64,000 nucleotides of DNA from assembly GCF_030144855.1 (NCBI RefSeq), contig NC_082714.1:93496001-93560000 (forward strand). Direction: 5' to 3'. The stretch is from Hypanus sabinus (lineage: Eukaryota). The notes under the pieces are model-generated. The model was given only the letters and a program-made list of their open reading frames with translations, made no database searches and was not told the DNA's origin. Position 1 is the stretch's first letter; every line of letters begins with the position of its first letter. Below, piece after piece: positions 25,201 through 39,889 of this stretch. A program made the translations under genes and the position numbers.

Positions 25201-25900
25201 ACTTCCCTGCAAGGATATTGTTCCCCCTGTAGTTCAGGTGTAACCCGTCTCTCTTGTACAGGTCCCACCTGCCCCAGAAGAGATCCAAATGATCCTGAAA
25301 TCTGAAACCCTGACCCCAACACCAGTTCCTCAACCACGTGTTCAGCCTCCAGAGCATCCTATTCTTACCCTCACTGGCACCTGGCACAGGTAGGAATCTT
25401 GAGATTACCACCCTCCGGGTCATGCTTTTTAACTTCCTACCAAGCTGTCTATACTCACTCTTCAGGACCTCCTCACTCTTTCTTCCTACGTCATTAGAAT
25501 CGATGTGCACCATGAGAACTGGCTGCCCAAACTCCCATTTCAGAATGTTGTGCACGTCATTAGAGACATCCCTGACCCTGTCACACAGGAGGCAACAAAC
25601 CACGTGGCAGTCTCTGTCGCGACCACAGAACCTCCTGGCTGTACCTCTAACTATTGAGTCTCCCATCATCACCGCTCTCCTCTTCTTCACTCCTCCCTTC
25701 TGCACTGCAGAACCAGACTCAGTGCCAGAGATTCGGCTTCTGCAACTTGCCCGTCTGAATATCGACTCCGCCTGTTTCCCGATTCTAGATTTTGGATTTC
25801 TCTGGATGTTTTGATCTCTGCCTGAACTTAACGCCGACTTAGTTTACACCTCGGATTTGCTACTCAATTAATTTCACTGTGTGCACAGTACTGGATCTGC
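22217..25900 (-). mobile_element. Near full-length CR1 LINE with ORF1 esterase and ORF2
   Basis: Tail agaaccataaaaccatagaac; RT fragments 22643-23887; APE fragment 24591-25160 (ISETWL, GDFNFP); ORF1 fragment 25163-25705 with SGNH-like motifs GDSIVR, HIDSND and DGLHLN. Confidence 0.93.
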
Positions 25901-26089
25901 GATTGGATCCCTGCTCCAGAGTCCTGATAGCACGTTAAACTCTATAACTGTAATGTGGGTATTGTAGATAATTAGAAAATTTCATGAAAAAATTCATGAC
26001 CTTTATTGAAAAGCGCCTGACATATACACACAATAAGCAATAAGCATTTAAACATTATGGTTACTACATGACGAATAGTACTGGGTATA

Positions 26090-26600
26090 AAACCTTAAGA
26101 CTGCCCATTGGAAAGGTGAACAGTAATAATGTAGTGGCAATAGTAGACAGCCGTGCACCGGGATGCACTCTGTAAACCATATTCAACAACGAGAGCATGG
26201 TGATGTGCGCTTTCCTACAACGCCATAAGACAGGAAGTACCACAGCGTTAGGACAAGGACTGTTTGGATGGGGAACAACTTCTTCTCCTTGGACGTGAGA
26301 CTTCTGAACACCCTGCGACCACCCAGGTCTCATCTCCTCTGAAGTCTCGATAGCATTATACAGCTTGCTTCCGACCTGTGTCATAAATGCTCCTTATGGT
26401 GAATGTTCATTTTCTTGATTATATGTCATTCAGTGTTTTTTTGTGTTAAGTTATTTGTGGTAATATCAGTGTTAAGTTATTTGTGGTAATATTATTTTCT
26501 GTGTTGCTTGTGAGTCGTATACACCTTGTTGTGCACCTTGGTCTGGAAGAACAATAGTTCGTTTAATTGAATGCCTATGAATCTGAACTTCAAGACGTAA
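26090..26600 (+). mobile_element. Rex1/Babar-like LINE 3' fragment
   Basis: ggaacaacttcttctccttggacgtgagacttctgaacacc resembles the 3' end of the element at 50548-53774 (aacagtttcttcccccaagctatcagacttcttaatacc). Confidence 0.5.
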
Positions 26601-26904
26601 GTGAAGGTAAATATATTTAGCCCAATGAGGGTTATAAAGTGGAGTAATCAGTTTTCAAGATGGCCTCAGATGGCGTGTCTTTCCGAGCATCTGCGATGGG
26701 AATGGTGAAAAAATCCCAATTAGGTCTGCTACAGCTGAAATCCATAGTTACTGGTGCGTCACCAAGTAACATCGGCGAACTCCATTGCAGCTGCTTGATC
26801 CTCCGAGTGTGCCCAGCATTCTCTACTTCTCTTGATGTTTTATATTGTTTGCAAAAATCACTTGCATTACAATATAGTTCTGGACATTTGGTGGGTGGAG
26901 ATGT

Positions 26905-29900
26905 ACATAAGACCATACGACCAGAAGAGATATGAACAGGAGTAGGCCATTCGGCCCATCGAGTCTGCTCCGCCATTCCATCATGGCAGATCCCGGATCC
27001 CACTGAACCCCATACACCTGCCCTCTTGCTATATCCTTTGATGCCCTGACCAATCAGTAAACTATCAACTTGCGCCTTAAATGTGCCCATGGTCCTGGCC
27101 TCCACTGCAATCTGTGGGAGAGCATTCCACGGATTTACTACTCTCTGTTTTTACTTCTGTTCTAAATGGTCGCCTTTTTTGAGACTGTGGCTTCTAGCTC
27201 TGCATACACTTACCGTAGGAAACATCCTCTGCACATCCACCATATTTATTCCGTCCAACGTTCGGTTGGCTTCAATAAGATCACCTCCCCCGCAATCTTC
27301 TAATCTCCGGAGAGTACAAGCCCAAAGCTGCCAAACTTTCCTCATATGTTAATCCCTTCATTCCTGGAATCATCCTCCTGAATCTCCTCTGGACTCTGTC
27401 CAATGACAACGCATCCCATCGGAGATATGAGGCCCAAAATTTCTGTCAATACTCCAAGTGCGGCCTAACTAGTGACTTATAAAGGTTCAGCATCATTTCC
27501 TTGTTTTTATATTCTATTCCCCTTGAAATAAGTGCCAACATTGCAGATGCTTTCTTTACCACAGACGCAATCTGTAAATTAATGTTCTGCGAGTGTTGCA
27601 GGTCGACTCCCAAGTCACTGATGTTTGAACCCTTGCCCCATTTAGATAATAATGTTCATTTTACCAAAATGCAGTATCATATATTTCCCAACATTATTCC
27701 ACTTGCCAAGTTTTTGCTCATTCTTTCAGTTTGTCTCAATCGTGCTGCAAATAACATTGCTTCCTCAGCACTACCTAACCTTCAACTATCTTCATCTAAT
27801 CTGCAAACGTTGCCAAAAAGCCACCGATTCTATTATCGAAGTCATTGACTAACATTGTGAAAACTAGCGGTCCCAGTATTGACCCCTGACACGGGCAGTC
27901 AATTAGAAAAGGCCACTTTGAATCACATTGGTTGGCTCCTGCCTGTCAGCCATTCCTCCATCCATAATAGTATCTTTCCTGTAACCCTGTACGATGACAT
28001 TTTATTAAACAACCTTATCAAACGCTTTCTGAGAATCCAAGTAAATGGCATCCACTGCCTCTCCTTTGTCCACACTGCTTGTTGCTTCTCCGAAGAACTA
28101 ACAGATCTGTGCAAGACTTCCCCTTGCTGAAACCATGCTGACTTTGACTTATTTTATCATTAGTCTTCAAGCACCTCGAAACCTCATCCTCAGTAATAGC
28201 CTCCAACACTTTCACAACCACTGAGGTTAGACTAACTGGCCTATAATGTCCTGTCTTAAAGAATGAAGTGAATTTGCAAATTTCTAGTCCTTCGGACCAC
28301 GCCAGAATGAAATGATTGTTGAAGGATCACGACTAATGCATCCGTTAGCGATTCAGCAACCTTCTCAACCACTTTATGATCTTTCAGATTGCCTACTACT
28401 TTTACCTTTGTAATAGCCATGACACTCACTACTATACCATGACACTCAAGGAACTCTGGCACACTGCTAGTGTCATACACAGTGAAGACAAATGCAAGAT
28501 ACCCATTAAGATCATCTGCCATTTATTTGTTCCCCATTACTATTCATTCCAGTGGTCCAATATCAACTCTCACTTCCCTTTTACTTATCATGGAACGGAA
28601 ATATTTTGGTATCCTGCTTTATATTATTGTCTAACCTGTCATCATAATTCATTCTTTCTTTTCTTATAGCTTTTACGTTTTAGCTTTTTCGATTTTAAAA
28701 GCTTCCCAATCATCCAACTTCCCATCCACATTTACTATCTTATGTACCTTTTCTTTGGTTTTTATGCAGTCCTTAATTTCCTTTGTCAGCCACATCTGCC
28801 ATTTAAAAACTTCGTCCTCTGTGATACATATCTATTCCGTGACTTGTGAAATATTCACAGAGAATTCAGCTAACTCTGCTCTGCCGTCATCCCCTCCAGT
28901 ATCCCTTTCCAATCCACCTCGGCAAGCTCCTCTCTCATGCTTCTTTAATTCCCTTTATTCCATTGCGATGCCGATGCGTGTGAGTTAGACTTCTCCCTCT
29001 CAAATTGCAGTACGAATTCAACAATATGATCACTGTCTCCTTTGGGTTCCCTTACGTTAAGCTACCTAATAGGATCTGGGTTATTGTACAACGCCAACTC
29101 TAAGATAGCCTTTCGGCGAGATAGGATCAAGCGCAAGTTGCTCCAAAAAGCTATCTTTTAGGCACCAACAAATTCCCTGTCTTGCCATCTGAAAGAACTT
29201 GAGTTTCCCAATCTCAATGCATATTGAAATCTCTCATTAAAATTGTGCCATTGACCTAATTACATGTTTTTGCAATCTCAATCCCACCTCCTGGCTTCTA
29301 TTTGGAGGCGTATCTATGATTCCCAGAATACCTATATATGATTCCTATAATGTTATTTTTTGCCCTTGAAATTTTTTAACTTCTACAACAAAGATACAAC
29401 GTTCCCTGACCCGATGTCAACTATTTCTAAAGATGTAATTCCATCCCTTAACAACCGAGTCACACCGGCGCATATGCCTTCCTGCCCATCATTTAGATAC
29501 GAATTATATGTCTTGATGTTAAGCTTCCAACTCTAGCCTTCTTTCAACCACGACTCTGTGATGCCTACAACGTCATATCAACAAATCTCTAATTGCGCCG
29601 CGAGTTTGTCCACTTTGTTCCGAATGTTATGCGCATTTAAATACAACACCTTCATTCCTGCATTTTCGCCCTTTTGAATTTTGCCTCTGTACAATATAAC
29701 TCTTTGTTCTGTTTGCGTTTGTAACCAATCATCGGCTTGTAATTCCTTACATTCATGTTACAACCATTATTTATTTGTAAAACTGCTGGCTTATCCTCAG
29801 CTCTCCCACACTGGAACCTATCACCCTGCCATATTAGTTTAATCCTCTTCCATCAGTGCTAGTAAATTTTCTGGAAAGAATATTGGTCCTCCTGGGATTC
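26905..29900 (-). mobile_element. Degenerate CR1 LINE
   Basis: Tail acataagaccatacgaccag...ggagtaggccattcggccc; RT fragments 27083-28522 (SQHGFSKGKSC). Confidence 0.85.
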
Positions 29901-30189
29901 AAATGCAATCCGTCCCTTTTGTAAAGGTCTCAGCTTTACTGAAGAAGTCGCAAATATCCAGAAATATAAGTTCCTGCACGCTCTGCTCCTATTAATTAGC
30001 CACGCATTTATCTGCCTCCATTTTATTTTATTCATATCCTCACTCGCACGTGGCACAGACAGGGATAACTAGATTACTACCTTTTTCCTAGGTTACTGCC
30101 TTTGTGGGCCTCCTTCTCAGGTCCCTTCCTGACTCCCAGTATTCTGTTTACTGGACCTTCTCCCCCTTTCTTCCCGTGTCATTTATACC

Positions 30190-33100
30190 AATATAGAAAT
30201 ATAGAACACCTACAGCACAAAACATGCCCTTCGGCCCACGATGCTGTGCAGATCATGTACTTATTTTAGAAATTATCTCTGGTTACCCAGAGCCCTCTAT
30301 TTTTCTAAGCTCTATGTACCTATCCATTGAAATTACCCTATTGTATTTGCCTCCACCACAGTCACTGGCAGCTTATTCCATACCATTATCACCCTCTGCG
30401 TAAAATAACTTGCCCTGTCATCTCCTCTGTACCTACGTCCACGCAGCTCAAATTCTGTGCTCTCTTGTGTTAGCTATTTTAGCACTGGGAAAAAGCCTCA
30501 AACTATCCACACGATCAATGCCTCTCGTTATCTTATACACCTCCATAAGGCACCTCTCAGCTTCCGACGGTCCAAGGAGATAGGCCAAGTTCGCTCAACC
30601 AATTCTCATAGGGCTTGCTCCCCAATACAGGCAACATCCTGGTATGTCCCCTCTGCATTCTTTCTATAGTTTCCATATACTTCCTGTAATGAGTTGACCA
30701 GAACTGACCACAGAACTCCATTTGGGGTCTGACCAGGGCCCTATAAAGCTGTAGCTGTACCTCACGACTCTTAAACTCAACCCCATGGTTGATGAAAGCA
30801 AATGCACCTTATTCCTTCTTGACCACACAGTCAACCTGCGCAGCAGCCTTGAGCATCCTATGGACTCGGACCCAACGATCCCGCTGATCCTCCACACTGT
30901 CAAGAGTCTTACCATTAATGCTCTATTCTGCCATCATATTTGAACTACCAAAATGAACCACCTCACACTATCTGGGTTAAACGCCATCTGCCACCTCTCA
31001 GCCCAGTTTCGCATACTATTGATGTCCTGCTGTAACCTCGAACAGACCTCCACACTATCCACAACACTTCCAAAATTTTTATCATCACCAAATATACTAA
31101 CTCATCCTATGCACTTCCTCATCCAGGTCATTTATAAAAGTCACGTAGAGAAGCAGTCCTAGATCAGATCCTTGAGGAACACCACTGGTCTCCACGCAGA
31201 GTGTGACCTATCTAGAATCACTCTTTGCCTTCTGTGGGCAAGCCAGTTCTGGATCTACAAAGCAACGTTCCCTTGAATCCCATGCCTCCCTACTTTCTCA
31301 ATAAGCCCTGCATGTGGTATCTTATTCAATGCCTTGCTGAAATCCATATACACTGCATCACCTGCTCTAGCTTCATCAATGTGTTTAGTTACATCCTCAA
31401 AAAAATTCAATTAGGCTCGTAAGGCAGGACCTGCCTTTGACAAAGCAATGCTGACTAGTCCCAATTATATTATGCCTCTCCAAATGTTCATATATCCTGG
31501 CTATTAAGATCTTCTCCAGCAAAGTACCAACCACTGAAGTATGGCTGTCTGGTCCCTCATTTCCTGGGTTATCTCTAGCTCCTTTTTTGAATAAGGGAAT
31601 AACATCTACAACCCTCCAATCCTTTGGAACCTCTCCTGTTCCCAGTGATGAGGCAAAGATCATTGCCAGAATTTCATAAATCTCTTCCCTCGCCTCCCAC
31701 AATAGCCTGGGGTAAATCTCGTCCGGTATCGGTGAGTTATCCAACGATGCTTTCCAAGAAGGACCAGCACATCCTATTTCTTAATGTCTATAGGTTCAAG
31801 GTTTTCAGTCCGCTGCACGTCATCCTGCAATCTCCAAGATTCTTTTCTGCAAACAAAGTATTGTTTTCTGAAACAAAGTATTCTCTAAGTACCTCCACCA
31901 GCTCCTCCGGATCCATAAACACTTTTCCACTGTCACACCTGATTGGTCCTATTCTCTCACGTCTTATCGTCTTGCTACCAACAATATTGTCCGAGAAAAT
32001 CTTATGGAGGTGCTTTGGAAGGATGGATTAGAGAGCTCCTCTAGGGAGGCTATTTGGGTGGAATTGAGGAATGGGAAGGGTGTAGTAACACTGATAGGAG
32101 TGTATTATAGGCCACCTAATGAGGAGCGTGAGTTGGAAGAGCAAATGTGTAAGGAGATAGCAGATATTTGTAGTAAACACAAGGTGGTGATTGTGGGAGA
32201 GTTTAATTTTCCACACGTAGACTGGGAAGCTCATTCTGTAAAAGGGCTGGATGGTTCAGAGTTTGTGAGATGTGTGCAGGATAGTTTTTTGCAACAATAC
32301 ATAGAAGTACCGACTAGAGATGGGGCAGTGTGAATCTCCTGTTAGGGAATGCGATAGGTCAGCTGACAGACGTATGTGTTGGGGAGCACTCCGGGTCCAG
32401 TGATCACAATAGCATTAGCTTCAATATAATTATGGAGAAGGACAGAACAGGACCCAGAGTTGAGATTTTTGATCGGAGAAAGGCTAACTTTGAGGAGATG
32501 CGAAGGGATTTAGAGAGAGTGGATTGGGTCAAGTTGTTTTATGGGAAGGATGTAATAGAGAAATGGAGGTCATTTAAGGGTGAAATTATGAGGGTACATA
32601 ATCTTTATGTTCCAGTTAGGTTGAAAGGAAAGGGTAAAGGTTTGAAAGCACCATGGTTTTCAAGGGATATTAGAAATTTGGTTCGGAAAAAAGAGGGATG
32701 TCTACAATAGATATAGGTAGCATGGAGTAAAGGAATTGCTCGAGGAATATAAAGAATGTAAAAGGAATCTTAAGAAAGAGATTAGAAAAGCTAAAAGAAG
32801 GTAGGAGGTTGGTTTGGCAAATAAGGTGAAAGTAAATCCGAAAGGTTTCTACAGTTATATTAAAAGCAAGAGGATAGTGAGGGATAAAATTGGCCCCTTA
32901 GAGAATCAGAGTGGTCAGCTATGTGTGGAGCCGAGGGAGATGGGAGAGATTTTGAACGATTTCTTCTCTTCGGTATTCACTAAGGAGAAGGGTATTGAAT
33001 TGTGTAAGGTGTGGGAAACAAGTAAGGAAGTCATGGAACCTATGACGATTAAAGAGGTGGAAGTATTGGCGCTTTTAAGAAATGTAAAAGTGGATAAATC

Positions 33101-35560
33101 TCCGGGTCCTGACAGGATATTCCCAGGACCTTGAGGGAAGTTTGTGTAGAAATAGCAGGAGCTCTGACGGAGATCTTTAAGATGTCATTAGAAACGGGGA
33201 TTGTGCCGGAGGATTGGCGTATTGCAAATGTGGTTCCTTTGTTTAAAAAGGGTTCTAGAAGTAAGCCTAGCAATTATAGAACTGTCAGTTTGACATCAGT
33301 GGTGGGTAAATTAATTGAAAGTATTCTTAGAGATAGTATTAATAATTATCTGGATAGACAGGATCTGATTAAGAGTAGCCAGCATGGATTTGTGCGTGGA
33401 AGGTCATGTTTGACAAACCTTATTGAATTTTTTGAAGAAGTTACGAGGAATGTTGACGAGGGTAAGGCAGTGGATGTAGCCTATATGGACTTCAGCAAAG
33501 CCTTTGACAACGTTCCATATGGAAGGTTAGTTAAGAAGGTTCAGTCGTTAGGTATTAATGCTGGAGTAACAAAATGGATTCAACAGTGGCTAGATGGGAG
33601 ATGCCAGAGAGTAGTGGTGGATAGTTGTTTATCGGGATGGAGGCCGGTGACTAGCGGGGTGCCTCAGGGATCTGTGTTGGGCCCAATGTTGTTTGTAATA
33701 TACATAAATGATCTGGACGATGGGGTGGTAAATTGGATTAGTAAGTATGCCGATGATACTAAGGTAGGAGGTGTTGTGGATAATGAGGTGGGTTTTCAAA
33801 GCTTGCAGGGAGATTTATGCTGGTTAGAAGAATGGGCTGAACGTTGGCAGATGGAGTTTAATGCTGAGAAGTGCTAGGTTCTACATTTTGGCAGGAATAA
33901 TCCCAATAGAACATACAGGGTAAATGATAGGGCATTGAGGAATGCAGAGGAACAGAGAGATCTAGGAATAACAGTGCATAGTTCCCTGAAGGTGGAGTCT
34001 CATGTAGATAGTGTGGTGAAGAAGGCTTTTGGAACGCTGGCCTTTATAAATCAAAGCATTGAGTACAGAAGTTGGAATGTAATGTTAAAATTGTAAGGCC
34101 AAATTTAGAATATTGTGTGCAGTTCTGGTCACCGAATTATAGGAAAGATATCAATAAATTAGAGAGAGTGCAGAGACGATTTACTAGGATGTTACCTGGG
34201 TTTCAGCACTTAAGTTACAGAGAAAAGTTAAACAAGTTGGGTCTCTATTCATTGGAGCGTAGAAGGTTGAGGGGGGATTTGATCGAGGTATTTAAAATTT
34301 TGAGAGGGACAGACAGAGTTGACGTGAATAGGCTGTTTCCATTGAGAGTAGGGGAGATTCAAACGAGAGGACATGATTTGAGAGTTAGGGGGCAGAAGTT
34401 TAAGGGAAACACGAGGGGGTATTTCTTTACTCAGAGAGTGATAGCTGTGTGGAATGAGCTTCCTGTAGAAGTAGTAGAGGCCAGTGCAGTTGTGTCATTT
34501 AAGGTAAAATTAGATAGGTATATGGACAGGAAAGGAGTGCAGGGTTATGGGCTGAGTGCGGGTAGGTGGGACTCGGTGAGATTAAGAGTTCGGCACGGTC
34601 TAGGAGGGCCAAGATGGCCTGTTTCCTTGCTGTGATTGTTATATGGTTATATGGTTATATTGTGGAACGCCTTGGAATTTCTTTAATTCTGCTCACCAAG
34701 GCCTTCTCAAGGCCCCTTATGACTCCTAATTTCATTCTGCCGCTCATCCCTGTTAGCCTTATAATCTTCTATATCTCTATCATCACCTGATCGTTTATCC
34801 TTTCACCGGATGTACCAGTACTTCTGGCTAACCACCCTCCCTTTTCAGGATATTACGGATATATTCAGGATTATCTTGGACCCTGGCACCTGCGAGACAA
34901 ACTACCATCCATGTTTCCTTTTTGCGTCCTAGTATCGGCTACCTGTCCTCCTGACCATGGAGTTCCGCATTACTGTTGCGATCCACTTCAGTTCCCTACC
35001 CTTCTGAGAAACAGGGCCAGACACAGTGCCAGAGGCACGGCCGCTGTTGTTTCTCCCAGTACGTCGTTCCCCCCTCAACCGCACACAAAGTGGAGTACTT
35101 ATTTTCTCGATGGACGGCCACATGTGTGCTTACCACTACCTGACGTTCTCCCTGCCCTCTTGTGACAATAACTCATTTATCTTTCTCGTGTAGACTTGGG
35201 GTAACTACCTTCCCGTGGCTTCAGTCTATCATTGTTTTACTTTCACTGACAAGCAGAAGGCCATTAAGCTGCAGCTTCAGTTCCATATCACGGTCCCCAT
35301 GGAGTTATATCTCTATGCACCTGGCGCAGACGGTGCCTTCAGGGAGACTCGGAGTGTTCTGGAAATTTCTAACAAATTCAAGTTCAATAACAACTTGCTT
35401 TTTATTCCAAACACCATCCGACCTTGAACTGAATCCTCAGGCATTCACCTATTCCACCGCCCTTTTGCAGTCAGGTTGCGTTTTCCTCAAAACTTGCTAA
35501 CCTACTTTTCTCAGGTGGTATGCTAAGTGCGAGGAGCAGAGTACAGAAGCACGGAGCCGA
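30190..35560 (-). mobile_element. CR1 LINE (ORF2 and ORF1) split by a younger CR1 insertion
   Basis: Tail atagaaatatagaacacctacagcac; RT fragment 31397-31744; resumes after 34663; ORF1 esterase-like fragment 34929-35123 (VMRNSMVR) and a CxxC-containing segment near 35300-35340. Confidence 0.85.
31991..34656 (+). mobile_element. Younger 5'-truncated CR1 LINE with 7-bp TSD
   Basis: Long ORF2 pieces (33131-33877, 248 aa with YADD; 34072-34635); (TTATATGG)n tail; flanked by ATATTGT at 31984-31990 and 34657-34663. Confidence 0.93.
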
Positions 35561-36879
35561 GGGGCCGAAGACCCGCTGAGCTTTTGCTGCCAAGGACATC
35601 TTTCCCTGTAGCCATGTTTGACTCCAACACGTACCAATCTGGGGAGGAAATAGATCTTGTTAGTCATATGGAACGTGCTGAGGAGGCAGTCCGTGTTTGA
35701 GCTCTGTGGGTTACGCTGGCCGCTCACCATGCCATCCTCTCGGCAAACCTGCGGACGTGGATGTGGTAGCAGCGCAATGACAAACGGTTAATGCGGCTCC
35801 AAATTTCCCCAGATCCTCGCATCGTGAATCCTTGAAACCCGCCCCCTCCAGACCAGGAAACGCTGCGATATGAGATCGACTAACTTATGCCCAAGTTGCT
35901 GCAGATAGAAAATTGTCTGCTTAGTGTTATACTGCTGACTGGATTGTGCTTAATCGTATCCCTGGAGCAGGTCGATGGGAGTTTGGTTAGAAGATTATTT
36001 CAAAACATTGCACGTTCTGTAGTGTAGCACTCCTTCCTCTCTGCAACAATGTTGTGCCCTTCTCTCAGCACCTCCTCACCCATAGCGTGGCCTCCTCCAA
36101 TGCAACTTAAACCCATCAGTTCAAGGCTCTGAATTAAACTCCCAGAAATGAACGAACTATCGCCCGTCAAACTGAAGGCTGGTCAGTAGGGCTGGCCGAC
36201 ATAGTACAATGGAATATGCTCAGGATTAAGAATTATTTGTGGTGATAGAGTTCTCTCTTTTGTTTTTTTTTGTTACTCACAACTAAAGACGTTCCCAGGA
36301 ATATCGGGTGTATGTATCTGATTGTGATGCAAACATGTTTTGTAGTCAGAGAGCACATAACCGGTCCTACAGCTCACAACGTATATGCTGATCATACAAA
36401 ACCCATCCACTGTCGTTCTGTTTTTAAGCAATTGACCTTTAGCCTTCAGCCTTTCCTGCCTTACAGATTGTAGTTCTTGTCTTGATCTGTTTTGTTTCAC
36501 GCATTGATGTCAGTGTGTGAAGTAATTCCCTGTATACAGCATATTAAGAAAAGATACCCGTTTCCTTCGACTTACTTTGGGAACTTGGCGATTGGTTAAT
36601 AGGTGGGGCAACTTTCCAGTTAACATCTTGGAGACCTGTGTAAATATACAGAACCTGTGCCAGATGATCACCGTGGTTGTTGGATGTATCACCTCATCTT
36701 GGCTCCCTCAGCTCCAGAAGTTACCTGCAGGATTCACAGCAGAGATGGGTCAGCACAAAGAACCGGAGCGTGAAGAGTCAAACGGTAAAACAGGTGCACC
36801 CACTCACAAAATAGTATATGCAACAACGGTCATGAGGCAGGATCAGTAGATGGCATTAATCGTCATTGGATCTCGGGAA

Positions 36880-37050
36880 ATACTGTGAGGAGAGGTCGAG
36901 TGAGGGGAAAGAAAGGGAGAGAAAGGTAGGAGAAATGGGTGAGAGAGGGAGAGGCAGATAGACAGACGGGACACAGAATGGATGGGTAGATGGAGAGGGG
37001 GAACTCTGAGTGTGAAACAGGGGTGAACAGAGGGATAGCGAGGGATGCAT
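36880..37050. repeat. Purine-rich low-complexity tract
   Basis: GA/GGA-rich run. Confidence 0.7.
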
Positions 37051-37519
37051 CACAAGTTCTCAATTACAGATGTAGTAGAGAGGGGATCACTGGGGACTGT
37101 GGACAGTGTCCTTGATCTCCAGAATGGTGTTGCCTATTTTTAATGAACAAATATCTGAAATGAGAAACAATAGCAGAAGGCCGACTATACTTGGAGGGCT
37201 AATATGATAAAATTAAGACACAAATGTCTGTATCGCTTTTTTTTATTAAATTTTTTCACTGTTAGGGATATATAGTGAACGATAACAAATTGGTGAGTAC
37301 AAGCCTATAGCCTATATCAAACACTCATCATTCTCCTGGATATAACAATTAAGCTCTCGAAGCGAATCAATAGACTAAGATCGAGGCCTCTGCACCTCCT
37401 TGTGCAACTGGATTCTGGATTTCCTTCCTTTTCCGGTCAGTACGGATTGACAGCAACATCTCTTCCACAATCACCAGCAGCGTGAAATTGTTTCTTGATC
37501 CTAAACTGATTATTATTTT

Positions 37520-38030
37520 CCTAAAATAAGCCATAAGATCATCAGACAAAGGAGCAGAGTCAGGCCATTCTGCCCATCGGTGCAGCTCCACCATTCCGTC
37601 ATTGTTGATTTATAATCATGCTCACCCCGTTCTCCTGTAACCGGTGAAGCCCTCACTAATCAAAAACCTATCAATCTCTGCTCTAAATATACCCAGTGAC
37701 TTAGCTTACGCAGATTCACCAGCCTCTGGCTAAAGTCATTGCTCATCATCTCTGTTCAAAATTGGACATTCTTCTATTCTTCGTCTGTACCTCTATTCCT
37801 AGACTCCCTCACTATAGGAAACATACTCTTTAACAAGACTTTATTTCGGTCTTTCAATATTAGATAGCTTTCAATGAGAGCTCTCCCCCATCTCACTCTC
37901 ATTATTCTAAGCTGCACCGAGTGCAGGCCCATAGCTATCAAATACTCCGCATAGTTTAATCTTTCGAACCCGGGCACATTCTCGTAAACCTCCTCTGCAT
38001 CTTCTCCAATGCCAGCACATCTTTTCTAAG
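37520..38030 (-). mobile_element. CR1 3' fragment
   Basis: Tail ccataagatcatcagacaaaggagcagagtcaggccattc; ORF 37774-37977 resembles the CR1 ORF2 C-terminus. Confidence 0.75.
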
Positions 38031-39163
38031 ATAAGGAAAAATATTCAGAAATGCAAATCAATTCCACAGCTTCTTGTCGGCACCATAGTCATCTTAAAAC
38101 AGGATTCCTTGTTGATTCTATTCCTCCTTTCATGTCCAATGTGGGTGAGTCTAGAACAAGATGGACGTCCATTTAGAACAGAATTGGGGAGGAATTTCTT
38201 CAGTCAATGTGTGGTAAATATGTCGAATTAATTGCCACAGACGCTTGAGGCCATGTAATTGCGTATATTTATAGCAGAGGTTGATTCTTGATTCGGGTGG
38301 GAGTCAAAGAAGGCAGGAAAATGTGGTTGAAAAAAGATGGAATGGCGGAGCTTCCTTATTCTGCTCCTTTGTCTTATGGTCAAAAAACGCACTAAGTGCA
38401 GCAGCCGCACTAAGCATAGCAAGATCTCACAGAGGCACCTCCGAGGTGCTGATTGGTGGACAAGTGTAGAGGAGTCGTGCGAGAGGTTATTCTAACCCTT
38501 CCGCCGTTATTACTGTGTACCGCCCCCACTCCGCTCAATGAGCAGGCAGTAGAGTTGGGGTTTCAGGTGCCATCTTCTCCGGCAGTGGTGTGACCCCCAA
38601 GCTGCCCTTGGTGCTGGCTTAGTGACAGTGGAGTGCCTAGGATTGCCTTCGGAACACCCTGACAGCACGGCTCTCCCTCATCACATCCCTTTCTGCAACT
38701 CATTCCACCCTCTAGCAGTGTGTAGCGCTGTACTTATTGCTCTTCACTCGGAGAGGACGGTGTCCCGTTCGCCCGCTACCCCCTCCCCCACTCCCAGCAG
38801 CAAATGAAGCACTTTCTCAACAGTGGTGCAGAGATGGCTCGGTACTCATTTGGCCACTGAGGGTAATACACTGCAACAATAATTGACGGGCTTCCTCTCC
38901 CAAACCTACTCCTCAATCTGCAGTGGCGAAAGAATCTTACACTATGGTCCTCCCATTCCGAGCCGCGTGGTGCCTGCTCCAACTTCAGCGCGTCTCTCAG
39001 CTTCTACTCTTGCAGCTTGGAATTTACCAGTTCTTTATCCCTGATTTATCTGGACAGCGTTAAATTCATGGGGGCAAGTGAACACCAGCAATATCCCCTT
39101 GGTTCTGATGTGACAGTCTAGATGAAATGAGGATAGCAGATTTACTCCTGATTCATCTCTCTC

Positions 39164-39322
39164 NNNNNNNNNNNNNNNNNNNNNNNNNNNNNNNNNNNNN
39201 NNNNNNNNNNNNNNNNNNNNNNNNNNNNNNNNNNNNNNNNNNNNNNNNNNNNNNNNNNNNNNNNNNNNNNNNNNNNNNNNNNNNNNNNNNNNNNNNNNNN
39301 NNNNNNNNNNNNNNNNNNNNNN
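39164..39322. other. Assembly gap
   Basis: Run of N. Confidence 1.
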
Positions 39323-39889
39323 GAGGGCTGATTGGAGGAAATGTAAAGACGGGGTTCCTTGTTTTTTTTTCGGAGCTGCCGGTGTAGGAGGCAGTTGCTT
39401 AAAGGGGCAATATCCCTCCTCCATCCCAGCCGGTGCACACTGAAAGATTGACTGCTGCCGTTTCAGGTGACAACAAGCACCACTTTGAAAATCCGGCCCG
39501 CATAACATTAAATTGTCACTCCACTGTGTCTGAATCAATGCCCAGTTCAACGATACAGTGTTACCATTTCAGCAAGTCTCTCCTTCTCATGTAAGGGGCA
39601 GGGTCCTCCTTTAGCTCAGCTGAACCCTCACACTTGGCAGATGGACTATCGCAATGGGCCAACGAACGAATACAATCGCTCAGCAGGCTGCCGACCAAGT
39701 CATTGAAGAATGATCCGAGGCAATTTATGAAGGAGCTGGAGGAACTCAGCTATTCAGGTAGTATCCTTGGAGGGAACTGGAGAGTGGATATTTCGTGTTG
39801 CGACCCTTTATCTGTGCTTCCAATGAAGATATGTTGCCCCGAAATATACTGCACCCAGTTTCTCACATGAACACGATAGTATTGAACTT

